The notes under the pieces: generated by a model
Told to the model about the DNA's origin: nothing
What the model saw: the letters and a program-made list of their open reading frames with translations, nothing else
Databases searched by the model: none
IMG/VR virus record: IMGVR_UViG_3300020042_001908
Span: 1 to 25,450 of that record
Source of the DNA: a virus
Taxonomy: Duplodnaviria > Caudoviricetes
Reading direction: 5' to 3' (one strand)
Length of the DNA stretch: 25,450 bases
Program-made: the position numbers and the translations under genes
Part shown: piece after piece, positions 6,470 through 15,169 of the stretch
How the letters are laid out: every line of letters begins with the position of its first letter
Position numbering within the stretch: the first letter of the stretch is position 1

Positions 6470-6876
6470 TTTTTGCTCCGCATGTCTGCAAGTTTCTCAA
6501 CTGTACGGCCACCAAAGTAGGCCAAGAAAATAATCTGTCCCCACTGGCCAAGCAGCTGAACATAGGATTCTTGCGCGTTGTAACCGAATGCCGACATCAT
6601 GGTGAACAGAAAGAAAGCCACGAAGATGGCAATAAGCGCCAGTGGACGGATATTTTTTGATAGCCATGAGTCGCTGGCCATGTCTGCTGTCCATCGATCT
6701 GTGGTGTTCTGCTGCTCCACCTCAAACAGTTTGGTGTCGTTGGCCATCTTTGCCAGCTCACCTTCTTGCGCCAGCTTCGCCAACTCCAGTTGCGCTTTGG
6801 CCTTGGCCTCTGGGTCAGGAATCAGTTTGTCGATGAGCTTGCCGCCCACATTCAGAAGTGCGTCGATTCCAATCAT
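6466..6876 (-). CDS. holin, 3-TM (GTA_holin_3TM-like) family
   Basis: KLIDKLIPDP..KAKAQLEL, DSWLSKNIRP, YFGGRTVEK motifs and hydrophobic segments; adjacent to the endolysin. Confidence 0.85.
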   Translation of the reverse strand: MIGIDALLNVGGKLIDKLIPDPEAKAKAQLELAKLAQEGELAKMANDTKLFEVEQQNTTDRWTADMASDSWLSKNIRPLALIAIFVAFFLFTMMSAFGYNAQESYVQLLGQWGQIIFLAYFGGRTVEKLADMRSKK

Positions 6877-7484
6877 TGTTTGCTCCTTGAAAGCATGGTT
6901 GCTGCAATTTCCATCATGGTTCTTGCCACTTGAATGTCGGCTGGCTCATTATCCCAGCCAACAGTGATCTGGCCAACAAACCGGCTTGGGTCTGGTGGAA
7001 TGCTGATTCGGCATGTGTAAGTGACACCCTTGGCGATGTACCACAAGCCCATCTCAGATTGCGCTGATCGGTATTCACCGCAAGGAATCTCGCTGGCCAT
7101 CAGCTTGACCACATCAGCGTTGTTGGCTACGTTCTGAGTAAACAGGCCAACATCAAGCCCATCGTTTGTTTTGTCTCGGCCTTCTTTGGTGTAAGCGCGA
7201 TACAGCACTCTGGTGCCAAACATGGGATTGACTTTGAACACGGCCACAATGGTGGCGTTGGTGGTTTTGAACAAGTGGGCCGCAGCATCTTCCACTCTGT
7301 CCTCAACAATGCTTGGCATCTTTTTGGACTCTTTGTATGCGCCCATCAGCAGCTCTTGGTTCTGCCAAACAAAGTAGCCAGAGAACGCAAACACCGCCAT
7401 GAGTATCAGCGCAAACAGTTTGAATGGGCTGTCGACATAGGACAGCACTTTGCTCAAAATATCTGATGGCTTTTCTTCACTCAT
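6873..7484 (-). CDS. T4 gpT-like holin candidate (single TM + periplasmic GAF-like domain)
   Basis: 203 aa; N-terminal PSDILSKVL, one TM segment ending in VW, YKESK, two Cys, and C-terminal GQITVGW...AATMLSRSK. These match my recollection of T4 T (PSDILFGVL..VW..YKQSK..GTITMYW..AARILGRAK). Confidence 0.65.
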   Translation of the reverse strand: MSEEKPSDILSKVLSYVDSPFKLFALILMAVFAFSGYFVWQNQELLMGAYKESKKMPSIVEDRVEDAAAHLFKTTNATIVAVFKVNPMFGTRVLYRAYTKEGRDKTNDGLDVGLFTQNVANNADVVKLMASEIPCGEYRSAQSEMGLWYIAKGVTYTCRISIPPDPSRFVGQITVGWDNEPADIQVARTMMEIAATMLSRSKQ

Positions 7485-7630
7485 AGTCCAATCATCCCTA
7501 GTAGTTTATTCACGACCTTGTCGGCAAGCTCGTCCGGCAAGAATTTGAGCAGGCCCAAGACATACCAGGCAATGCACATGCGTACAAAGACTTTGAGAAA
7601 GAGGTCAAATTGCTTTTGGTACTCATTCAC
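7481..7630 (-). CDS. small hydrophobic/amphipathic protein (49 aa)
   Basis: Translated by hand from GTG: MNEYQKQFDLFLKVFVRMCIAWYVLGLLKFLPDELADKVVNKLLGMIGL. 4-bp overlaps with both neighbours. Confidence 0.75.
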   Translation of the reverse strand: MNEYQKQFDLFLKVFVRMCIAWYVLGLLKFLPDELADKVVNKLLGMIGL

Positions 7631-8121
7631 CGACCACACCTTGACTTGGCGCACAAGTCTTGAATCTCAGCGATTCCCCAGCCAATTGCGCCTAAGAACA
7701 TCACGACAACCACAATGCCAATGGCCCATGCCATCTGCTCGGCTTCATCTTCTTTGCGCTTTTTTTCTTCTTCTTTGGCTTGGCGTGCAAGATGCGCGTC
7801 TTCGATGTCCATCTGCTGCTGGCGCTTTTTAATCTTGTCCCACACATCAGCGCGGCCAGTGGCTTGGAACAACATCATCAACTCGGCCTCAAAGCGCTTA
7901 GCCTCATCGAGCGCCATTTCAATTTGTAAGGCTGTGCCAAGGTTTGACTTGTTGCCAGAGCGTTTGGCTTCCACCATAGCTTTGGTGGCCACGCTTTTGG
8001 CATCAAACATCTTGGCAATAGATGGTGCCAGACCAGCCAGATCATTTGCGACCTTACTGGCTTTCTTGACTACGCTGATTGCACTTTGTAGTCCTGCTAG
8101 GGCTGTAATCGGATCGATCAT
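7627..8121 (-). CDS. coiled-coil membrane protein (MIDPITALA..., C-terminal TM)
   Basis: ATGA-coupled start; helical charged body; TM segment WAIGIVVVVMFLGAIGWGI. Confidence 0.8.
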   Translation of the reverse strand: MIDPITALAGLQSAISVVKKASKVANDLAGLAPSIAKMFDAKSVATKAMVEAKRSGNKSNLGTALQIEMALDEAKRFEAELMMLFQATGRADVWDKIKKRQQQMDIEDAHLARQAKEEEKKRKEDEAEQMAWAIGIVVVVMFLGAIGWGIAEIQDLCAKSRCGR

Positions 8122-8258
8122 TTTCGCTCTACCTTTTTCCACTCAAGGCATACTACTTTGCGATTAAAAACATCACCGGTCCATGCCCATCGGACGCATC
8201 TGTATTCAGTTGATGACGCTTGCGATAGTGTTAAAACAATCGCAAGCAGACATCTCAA
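8118..8258 (-). CDS. small secreted two-Cys protein (46 aa)
   Basis: TTGA-coupled start: MRCLLAIVLTLSQASS (signal-like), then TEYRCVRWAWTGDVFNRKVVCLEWKKVERK. Confidence 0.65.
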   Translation of the reverse strand: MRCLLAIVLTLSQASSTEYRCVRWAWTGDVFNRKVVCLEWKKVERK

Positions 8259-8470
8259 TGTTTCCAATAGTTGAGAAGGTATCCGACTATGGCAGACACG
8301 CCAGAGACAAGTGACATTCCAAACCACAGACCGCCTTTGCCTTTATTGGCCAACGCCACCAGCTCCTCGAGCTGGCGCTCGACCTTGTCCATCTTTTTGT
8401 CCATGTCCTGAACTTTTTGCCAGAGCACGCCATATTTGACAAGGTCGATCTCGTTTCCTTCTACTGCCAT
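8255..8470 (-). CDS. XhlA-like small coiled-coil protein with C-terminal TM (lysis-associated)
   Basis: GGAG RBS; EIDLVKYGVLWQKVQDMDKKMDKVERQLEELVALANKGKGG followed by a hydrophobic helix. Confidence 0.7.
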   Translation of the reverse strand: MAVEGNEIDLVKYGVLWQKVQDMDKKMDKVERQLEELVALANKGKGGLWFGMSLVSGVSAIVGYLLNYWKH

Positions 8471-8487
8471 AACGCCAGTCTCCACCA

Positions 8488-8841
8488 TTAGAGGCCTTGG
8501 CCTGGGGTGATGTAGACAGTGGCTGCCGCACTGGACAGGCCGCTGAAGAAGGTGTCCTTGTTGAAGCGCAAGATTTCAACAGCACCAGGCACAAGCACGA
8601 TGGCTGCTGTTGGCGTTCCGGCCACAGGAGCCACAGCGTTGGCTGTAGCTTCTGCTGCGCTTGCGCCAGCGCCTAAGAACACTGTGGTGCCGCCTGCGTT
8701 GATGAGACGGTACTGGCCTGCGTTCTGTGGGTCAAACTTGGCGTAGACAGGCGCTTGGATGCCAGCAGGTGCAGTACCGGCAGCAGCGACAACAATGGTC
8801 TTGCCAAGGGGTGTGAATGCGATTTGTGAGTTTGTGGACAT
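8488..8841 (-). CDS. hypothetical beta-rich (probable virion) protein
   Basis: 117 aa, Ala/Thr/Gly-rich; AAGGA RBS; lies in the tail region. Confidence 0.75.
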   Translation of the reverse strand: MSTNSQIAFTPLGKTIVVAAAGTAPAGIQAPVYAKFDPQNAGQYRLINAGGTTVFLGAGASAAEATANAVAPVAGTPTAAIVLVPGAVEILRFNKDTFFSGLSSAAATVYITPGQGL

Positions 8842-8855
8842 GTTCTTTCCTTGCG

Positions 8856-9032
8856 TTAGATGCTGTCGAGTTGTTCGTCAGTTGGTTTCTGGAGTGTCAG
8901 ATGATCCCATTTTGAGATGTACTGGCCACGACCATCGGAATCGTCTTGGATCATGATTGATCCAAATACAGGATGGAAGTCGGTCTCTTTGAGAGAAGGA
9001 TAAATTTTCAGAATCTTTTCAAACAGTCCCAT
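8856..9032 (-). CDS. XkdW-like tail-fibre-associated small protein
   Basis: IYP....DF......IQDDSDGRGQYISKW......PTDEQL pattern; AGGAG RBS before ATG 9032. Confidence 0.7.
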   Translation of the reverse strand: MGLFEKILKIYPSLKETDFHPVFGSIMIQDDSDGRGQYISKWDHLTLQKPTDEQLDSI

Positions 9033-9034
9033 GA

Positions 9035-9460
9035 TTAACTCCTGATCCAAGTTGCGGCTGCACGTGTGTTGGCTGCGCCATTGAAAACAGTGCCACCACC
9101 GGCACCAACATAGACATAAAACTCAATGTAATCGGTCGAGCCATTCAGATAGACCATTGTGGCCACTTGAGTGGCATAGCCTGTAGGTGGGTTTGAACCA
9201 GCGCCAGCATTTGTTCCATTTTTAAAAACTGATGCCTGTGGCAAGTTGACAACACCACCAAAGTTTGCAAAGAAATTGACTTGATAGTAGCCTGCAACAA
9301 GTGGCTGGAATCGGTAATTTGTGGCGTTGTCATAAGCGCCATTGGTGTCCCATTGTTCGGTGTTTAGTTGCACCTTGGTCTGGCCTGTTCCAACGACTTG
9401 GTTTGTTCCAAGATAGGCCGAGAATGTTGGGCCTTGATTTAATCCAATTGTTTTTAGCAT
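9035..9460 (-). CDS. C1q/TNF-like domain tail accessory protein
   Basis: FSAY..Q....KVQL....WDT..AYDN....RFQP.VAGYYQVN...VYLNG.TDYIE is a C1q-like jelly-roll signature. Confidence 0.75.
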   Translation of the reverse strand: MLKTIGLNQGPTFSAYLGTNQVVGTGQTKVQLNTEQWDTNGAYDNATNYRFQPLVAGYYQVNFFANFGGVVNLPQASVFKNGTNAGAGSNPPTGYATQVATMVYLNGSTDYIEFYVYVGAGGGTVFNGAANTRAAATWIRS

Positions 9461-9471
9461 TGCTTTTTCCT

Positions 9472-9729
9472 TCAGCAGTCAGTTGCGCCAGAGAACTCAG
9501 GCAGCGACTTCAGGTGCAGATAAGCCTGCGCCAGTGGGTTGACACCGTTGAGCGAATAGGCAGCATTGAAGTGCTGCACGACGATTGGCGATGTTTCGGC
9601 TTGGTCTTTCAACCAAGACACAGAAAACGTCATTGCGTCTTTGCCATTTAATGACAAGGCGCTGACCTTGCCGTATGCGCCCACGGCATCAAAGCCTTGG
9701 GGCGTTTTCATGTCCTGCTTGAGTGCCAT
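9472..9729 (-). CDS. small tail-associated protein (possible chaperone)
   Basis: MAL...NPLAQAYLHLKSLPEFSGATDC; directly downstream of the tailspike; AGGAG RBS. Confidence 0.7.
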   Translation of the reverse strand: MALKQDMKTPQGFDAVGAYGKVSALSLNGKDAMTFSVSWLKDQAETSPIVVQHFNAAYSLNGVNPLAQAYLHLKSLPEFSGATDC

Positions 9730-9738
9730 GCTTGCTCC

Positions 9739-11655
9739 TTAATAGAAAATTGCGATGTTGATTAGTGCTTTGTCTGTGAGGACGTTGGCGCTGTATGTGT
9801 CCAAGTTGAAACCAAAGCCAGTCTTTGTGCTGATCTGATAAGACTGCACTGCTGTGTTGTTTGTCGCAGTTGCATCAACCAAGACTGTGTATCCAACTGT
9901 TGGAAGTGGTCGTGTCAATGTGATCGTATATGCGCCAGCAGAGTTGCGCACAGACGAGATGCCAAAGCTGCGCACCACTGCACCAGTCGTTCCATCAATC
10001 AAGGCAAACGCCTTGGCTGCACCGCTGAGGCTGAAGTTTTGCTCTTGGTCTTCCCAGTCAGAGAACAGATTTGCAAATGCATAAATATCTGAGCAATATC
10101 CTTGCAAGATCGCATTGCTCGTCTTGTTTTGAGCCTTGATGTAAACATCTATTTTGTTTTGCAGATTGATGTTGATCGGGCTGTCAGCAGTCACCACATC
10201 GGTAAGCACATCAAATTGACAATTCGTCAAATAATAAGCGCTAGTAATTGGCAAAACAATAATTTCAGGGACAGTTCCAATGTGTTTGACATTGTTGAAA
10301 CGACTGTTTAAAGAACTGTACTGAGCCAAAGGAAAAGCGTTTGATTCTTGATAACTTGAAAAGTTAAACATCGACCCATCAAGATCACCTTCCATTGTCA
10401 CATTGGTCATGCAGATATTGCTTGCATCACCGCGCCACAATGAATCTGGTGTTCCATAGCCAGGGTTGTTGTAAATGTAGATGTTGTTGAACATCACATT
10501 GCAACCACGATTGCTGTTGATCACACCAGCTTGACGGCTGTAAGTTGTCACCACACCACAGTTGCGAATTGAGATGTTGCTGAAAACCGCTTGCATGGAT
10601 TCTCCCCCGTGTGGGTATCCAGCAGAGTTTCCAGACAAGCCAATGGCGCTCTGGCAATAGTTGATTGTTAAGTTGCTAACACTGACATTTGAAGACTCTT
10701 GGCCAGGGCCACCTGTCAACGAAACACCTTCCCAGCAATCTGAAATATTTGTTCCAATAACAGTGACATTTGTAGGTGTATATCCACCTTCAATATTTAT
10801 TCCCCTGCCTCCAGTGAAAAGAAGGTTATTAGCACCATTGCGAATATAGCCACCTTCGATGCGAATATTTTGACTTGCATAACGAATCAAAATTCCGCTT
10901 GCTGGAACAATGTTGTTCAAGTCAATCTGCGGATTGAGAATGGTGATGTTTGATGCGCCTGTTGGTGGGTCTGTGGCAAGCACTGACTCATATCCACCTG
11001 TTGGCATTGCATAGACTTTGATTGAGCCCACAAACTGCAAAGTTGTATTGCTTTTTACATAAAGCACATCAGTGATTTTATAAATCCCAGATGGGAAAAA
11101 TACTTCACAACCATCAACCGTACCAGCGTAGTTCAATGCCAATTGAATGGCAGCAGTATCGTCTGTTGAATCATCACCAGCAGCTCCAAAGTCTTTGACA
11201 CTGACGATCTCACGCATTTTGTCTTGAGCTGAAACAGCAACTGCGTCAATTCCGTCTTGCAAAAACCCGATCCAGTCTGAGCCATCATCGCCAGCCAAGT
11301 CTTGCACTGTGCCGACTTGCCCTTTGAATCCGGTGAATGAAACCAAGTCAGCGCTGTATCGCTCAAGAGCTTCTGGTGCGCTGTAGACAAGGCTGCCTTT
11401 GCTGTCTTGCACTCGGATGCTGTAGTCGCTGTTGACATACAGGCGTGCAGGCGTGCCATTGCGTGATGGGTAGCCGTTGATGGTGCGGATTGGCTGACCT
11501 GCTGACTGAGTCAGAGCAGCATCCCAATAGACGTTGATTGGGTTGCCTTGAGGGTCTAGGTTGGCCGTTCCAAACCAGATGTAGCCGTTCTCCAATGGCA
11601 AGCCATCCGTCTCTGTGAAGATCGGGTAGGTGGGTTGAATCGAGAGTGCTGACAT
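9739..11655 (-). CDS. tailspike: P22-like head-binding N-domain + pectate-lyase-like beta-helix
   Basis: N-terminal PIFTETDGLPLENGYIWFG..DP...PINVYWD; VSVKDFGAAGD..DDTAAIQ.A..FFPSGIY beta-helix start; Asn/Ile-rich coils. Confidence 0.88.
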   Translation of the reverse strand: MSALSIQPTYPIFTETDGLPLENGYIWFGTANLDPQGNPINVYWDAALTQSAGQPIRTINGYPSRNGTPARLYVNSDYSIRVQDSKGSLVYSAPEALERYSADLVSFTGFKGQVGTVQDLAGDDGSDWIGFLQDGIDAVAVSAQDKMREIVSVKDFGAAGDDSTDDTAAIQLALNYAGTVDGCEVFFPSGIYKITDVLYVKSNTTLQFVGSIKVYAMPTGGYESVLATDPPTGASNITILNPQIDLNNIVPASGILIRYASQNIRIEGGYIRNGANNLLFTGGRGINIEGGYTPTNVTVIGTNISDCWEGVSLTGGPGQESSNVSVSNLTINYCQSAIGLSGNSAGYPHGGESMQAVFSNISIRNCGVVTTYSRQAGVINSNRGCNVMFNNIYIYNNPGYGTPDSLWRGDASNICMTNVTMEGDLDGSMFNFSSYQESNAFPLAQYSSLNSRFNNVKHIGTVPEIIVLPITSAYYLTNCQFDVLTDVVTADSPININLQNKIDVYIKAQNKTSNAILQGYCSDIYAFANLFSDWEDQEQNFSLSGAAKAFALIDGTTGAVVRSFGISSVRNSAGAYTITLTRPLPTVGYTVLVDATATNNTAVQSYQISTKTGFGFNLDTYSANVLTDKALINIAIFY

Positions 11656-11675
11656 TTATTGGTTCTCCTGGTCGA

Positions 11676-11704
11676 ATTGTCGCTCAAGGTTGCACTTGTG
11701 GCAA
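11676..11704 (-). promoter_or_regulatory. putative internal promoter for the tailspike
   Basis: Minus strand TTGCCA, 17 bp, GACAAT, followed by an AGGAG RBS. Confidence 0.5.
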
Positions 11705-13606
11705 TGCATTGAGGGCTTCATTGATCTTGGCTTTCGTGCGACCTTCTTGTCGCATTTTTATGATTTGACGTATGCCAGATGCCACTGGCAATGGCAGGCC
11801 AGTAAGTGCGCCTGTAGCGCCTGCTTCTGCCATTGCTGCCAGAAGTGTTCCTGCGGTTCCAGAGCTGTTCACCAGTGTGCCTGGTGGAACCGTGGTGACA
11901 TAGCGAACGACATCATCAAGGTCGCGCACAATCTGTGCGTTTTTCTTTCCAAGGATGACATCGAGTCGGCCATTGGCATCGAGTGCTTGCACAGACTGGT
12001 GCAGCTTGGCTGGAGAGATCAAAGGCCGGTCTTGTGAGTCCATGCCCATTCCCTTGGTGGCTTCGTCGCGCAGATGGCGAACTGTGGCACCTTGCAACTC
12101 TTTGAAGGCTTGCTGGCCATCGTTTCCACTGGTCAAAAGAACACGCTTCAAGAACGTGATTTCCTCTGGAGACGAGTTCAGGATGGACTTGCGGAAAACT
12201 TGATCGGCTGCGACTTGTGGGTCTTCCATGCCTTTGCGATTCTTGATGAGACGAGCAACAATGGCACGATTTTCAAACTTGCGTGCCTGTTCAAGACGAA
12301 TTTGACGAGCCTTTTTATAGAGATCACCACCAAGGCCTTCTGTCTCAACATCAAAAGCTCGTTTCAGGCTTCCACCGTGAAACTGATCTGCACCTTCAAA
12401 GCCAGCACGCTGGAATGTCTGGCGCAGGCTTTCTGCTTGGCGCAAAGTGATTGGCTGGGCCACGAGCCTACCGTCTGCATCTGGCACTGCTGCACCGATT
12501 GCAATGGCCTTCTGTTGTGCCGCTTTAAGGATAGGAGCCAAGTCGCCTTCTGGGATGTTCTCGTTGATGTAGTCAACCACAGTTTTGAGGGTAACGCTAT
12601 TCTCTAGCTCACCAGCTTTTTCGGCTGCTTTGTAGGCAGCGCGAGTTCTGTTCTTGGCTGCTGTTAGACCTTCTGTCAATGATTTGACGACCGCGCCTCC
12701 TGTGCTGGACAAGTCCATGAGTTGGGCATCTGTCATGTCGACCAATGCGTCGAAGTTCTGCAAGGCTTGCAGATTGTTTTCTTCTGCTCGCTGGCGCAGT
12801 GGACCACCTAGATCACTCTTAATCTGTTCTTTTTCAAAGGCCAGTTGCTGGGCATCTCTAGTGGCAGCGCCTTTTGTAAGGGTGACTGGTACTGGCAAGG
12901 TTTCGGCTGTGGTAGTTCGACGCAAAGCCTCTGGCGTTGCTGCCGCACCTGCTGAGACACGCGCACCGGTTTGTGCTGGCGCTGGCGCCACTTCCATACC
13001 AAGAGTCTCACGAACGGCTGTTGTGGCCGCTTGTATAGGCTTGGCAATGGCTTGGCCTGTTGCGGTGGCTGCGCGACGACCTGCTGCGCCTGCGATCTGA
13101 CCTGCTGCTCCAATGGTTGGAGCTGCTGTGCGTGCGGCTTGCATAACAGCGCCTGGAGCTGCGATTGCAGGCAGAACTGGTGGCAAGACGTTGGCTAATA
13201 CTTGACCAACGGCCTGCACCTGTTCTTGGCCAGCTTGGGTGCGTGGTTGATATGTGAGCGCTTGTGCACCCTCAGCTGCGGCCTTCTCGACTGCACGCAT
13301 GGCTTCTGGTGTGCCAAAGTTTCCTGACAGAATTTGTTGTGACAACCCTTGCAGGGTTCCAGCCAATGTGCCAAGCGTGCCACCAACTGCACCAGTTCCC
13401 AATGTCAAGGCTGTTTCGCCAGCACCGACAATTTGTTGGCCAATGCTAGGCTGTGTTGGTGGTGGTGCAATCTGTTGCTGCGTGACTGCTGTGGTTTCTT
13501 CTGACTTGGCAAGTTGATATGCCTGTGCCACCGTGTCGAACTCAGGAGTTCCGCGTTTTGCGGAATTCTTGACGATCCAAGCTGCGTATTCGTCGGCTGT
13601 TGCCAT
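11684..13606 (-). CDS. DNA ejection/transfer protein (gp16-position)
   Basis: 640 aa, Ala/Gly-rich helical protein; third of three genes before the tailspike, as in P22-like phages. Confidence 0.7.
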   Translation of the reverse strand: MATADEYAAWIVKNSAKRGTPEFDTVAQAYQLAKSEETTAVTQQQIAPPPTQPSIGQQIVGAGETALTLGTGAVGGTLGTLAGTLQGLSQQILSGNFGTPEAMRAVEKAAAEGAQALTYQPRTQAGQEQVQAVGQVLANVLPPVLPAIAAPGAVMQAARTAAPTIGAAGQIAGAAGRRAATATGQAIAKPIQAATTAVRETLGMEVAPAPAQTGARVSAGAAATPEALRRTTTAETLPVPVTLTKGAATRDAQQLAFEKEQIKSDLGGPLRQRAEENNLQALQNFDALVDMTDAQLMDLSSTGGAVVKSLTEGLTAAKNRTRAAYKAAEKAGELENSVTLKTVVDYINENIPEGDLAPILKAAQQKAIAIGAAVPDADGRLVAQPITLRQAESLRQTFQRAGFEGADQFHGGSLKRAFDVETEGLGGDLYKKARQIRLEQARKFENRAIVARLIKNRKGMEDPQVAADQVFRKSILNSSPEEITFLKRVLLTSGNDGQQAFKELQGATVRHLRDEATKGMGMDSQDRPLISPAKLHQSVQALDANGRLDVILGKKNAQIVRDLDDVVRYVTTVPPGTLVNSSGTAGTLLAAMAEAGATGALTGLPLPVASGIRQIIKMRQEGRTKAKINEALNALPQVQP

Positions 13607-15157
13607 TTATTGACCTCCACGCAGAATTGCGTCAGCCTGTGAGCGAATATTTGCTGGAGCAGCTGCTGCCGCAGCCGCAGGCACTGGTGCTTGATTAGTT
13701 GGAATTTGAGAAACAAGTTGCTGGCGTTTTTCCTCTGCAATCTGTTCTGGTGAGCGATACTTTTTCGATACATCTCCAACTATTCGCTGTGCGAAGTCGT
13801 TGAATGTCTCGCCAGGTTTTGTTGCATAGTCTCCAGCAACAAATGTGTTCTTGGCACGTGTGAGCGTTCCATTGTTCTGAGCGAGCCAGTCTGTCTTGGC
13901 ATTGTTGATGGATGCATCAACATCTTGCAACTTAGCCATGCCTCGCAAGAAGCTGGACAGGTCTGTGGCAGATGCGTTGTCGCTTGGGAAGCCTTTCAAA
14001 GCCATTGCAATGTCTTTGTCGGTGGCTGGGCCTGGTGGCAATGACTTGATGGCCGCAGTGTTGCGAAGGCGTGTGTATTCTTGACGCAATTGCGTCATAC
14101 CACCTTGGAAACCTGCACCCTTCTTCAAGAAGTCTGATGCACTGGAGAAAACACCGTAACCACCGCCAGATTCGTCGAGGCGCTTGGCCAGATCATTGAA
14201 CTGGTCAGCTGACTGTTTGGATGTTGCGGCCAATACTGCTGATTCGTTTATTAGTTTGCGAGTGTCTGCTGGAATGTCGCTCAGATTTTTCTGAATGTCT
14301 GACATTTTTGAAGCAACTTCTGCTGCTGTCTTTTGAGTGTCAAGATTCAAACGTGCAGAACGATCACCGATCTGACTGCGCAGATTGTTGATGTCCCAGT
14401 TGGTCTTGTTAAGGCCTGCAATCTCGACTTGTTCTGCATATTTCGCTTGCACTTTTGCTTTGTTGGCATCAGCAGTTGCTTTAGCTGCATCAGCTGCTGC
14501 TTTTTCTGCTGCGTTAGCAGCTGTTGCTTGAGCTGTAGTGGCATCTGCCACGGCTTTGTCTGCCGCTGCAATGGCTTGTGTCAATTCTGCTGGTGCTTTG
14601 GCTTCTGCTCTGGTCGTCGACAGTGTCTTGTCAATGTTTTCTAGCATTTCCTTGCCACCAGGCAATGTGGCCATCATGAGTCCAATGGTGGCCTGTGAGC
14701 CAGTTGGATTCATGTCTATCAGTTGCAAGTAAGTCTCTGTCGCCTTGGCATCTTGTTCACGACCAGAATTGCGAAATGCATCTGCTTGCTCTTTGAGCAA
14801 GTTTTTAGCAATATCAGTCTGTCCAGATTTAAGTGCTGTATAGACTTGGCCAGATTGTTGTAGGCGATTTTGTTGCTGAGACGATGACATCATGTCAAAC
14901 GACTTGCGCACATTTTCAGCCTGATCTTTAGGCAGAAAAGCTGTGACACGCGCATAGTCTGCTGCTGTTGCATTTGGGTTAGTGAACAGAGTTTTCAGCT
15001 CTGTTTGCGCTTTCATTGCTTGCTCGCGCGCCTGTGCTTGTGCCTGTGCTTCTGCACCTGCTGCGCCAATTTTGAAGCCACTGAGTGCTGCCTCAAATGG
15101 GCTTTGCACTTCTACTGCGTAGTTGATTGGTGCTTGGAATGGGTTAATGCCTGCCAT
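13607..15157 (-). CDS. DNA ejection/transfer protein (gp20-position)
   Basis: 516 aa, Ala/Gln-rich helical protein; LPPGPATDKDI motif; gene order. Confidence 0.72.
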   Translation of the reverse strand: MAGINPFQAPINYAVEVQSPFEAALSGFKIGAAGAEAQAQAQAREQAMKAQTELKTLFTNPNATAADYARVTAFLPKDQAENVRKSFDMMSSSQQQNRLQQSGQVYTALKSGQTDIAKNLLKEQADAFRNSGREQDAKATETYLQLIDMNPTGSQATIGLMMATLPGGKEMLENIDKTLSTTRAEAKAPAELTQAIAAADKAVADATTAQATAANAAEKAAADAAKATADANKAKVQAKYAEQVEIAGLNKTNWDINNLRSQIGDRSARLNLDTQKTAAEVASKMSDIQKNLSDIPADTRKLINESAVLAATSKQSADQFNDLAKRLDESGGGYGVFSSASDFLKKGAGFQGGMTQLRQEYTRLRNTAAIKSLPPGPATDKDIAMALKGFPSDNASATDLSSFLRGMAKLQDVDASINNAKTDWLAQNNGTLTRAKNTFVAGDYATKPGETFNDFAQRIVGDVSKKYRSPEQIAEEKRQQLVSQIPTNQAPVPAAAAAAAPANIRSQADAILRGGQ

Positions 15158-15169
15158 GTTGTTTTCCTT

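Noticed and set aside
6497-6694. ORF nested in the 3-TM holin as an Rz1-like o-spanin
   Set aside because: No hydrophobic signal sequence or lipobox.
8856-11655. Diversity-generating retroelement or invertible tail switch
   Set aside because: No reverse transcriptase, invertase, template/variable repeat pair or flanking inverted repeats were seen in the window.
14440-14610. GCT/GCA-rich repetitive DNA in an ejection gene (also 21258-21290)
   Set aside because: It reflects Ala-rich low-complexity helices, not a DNA repeat element.
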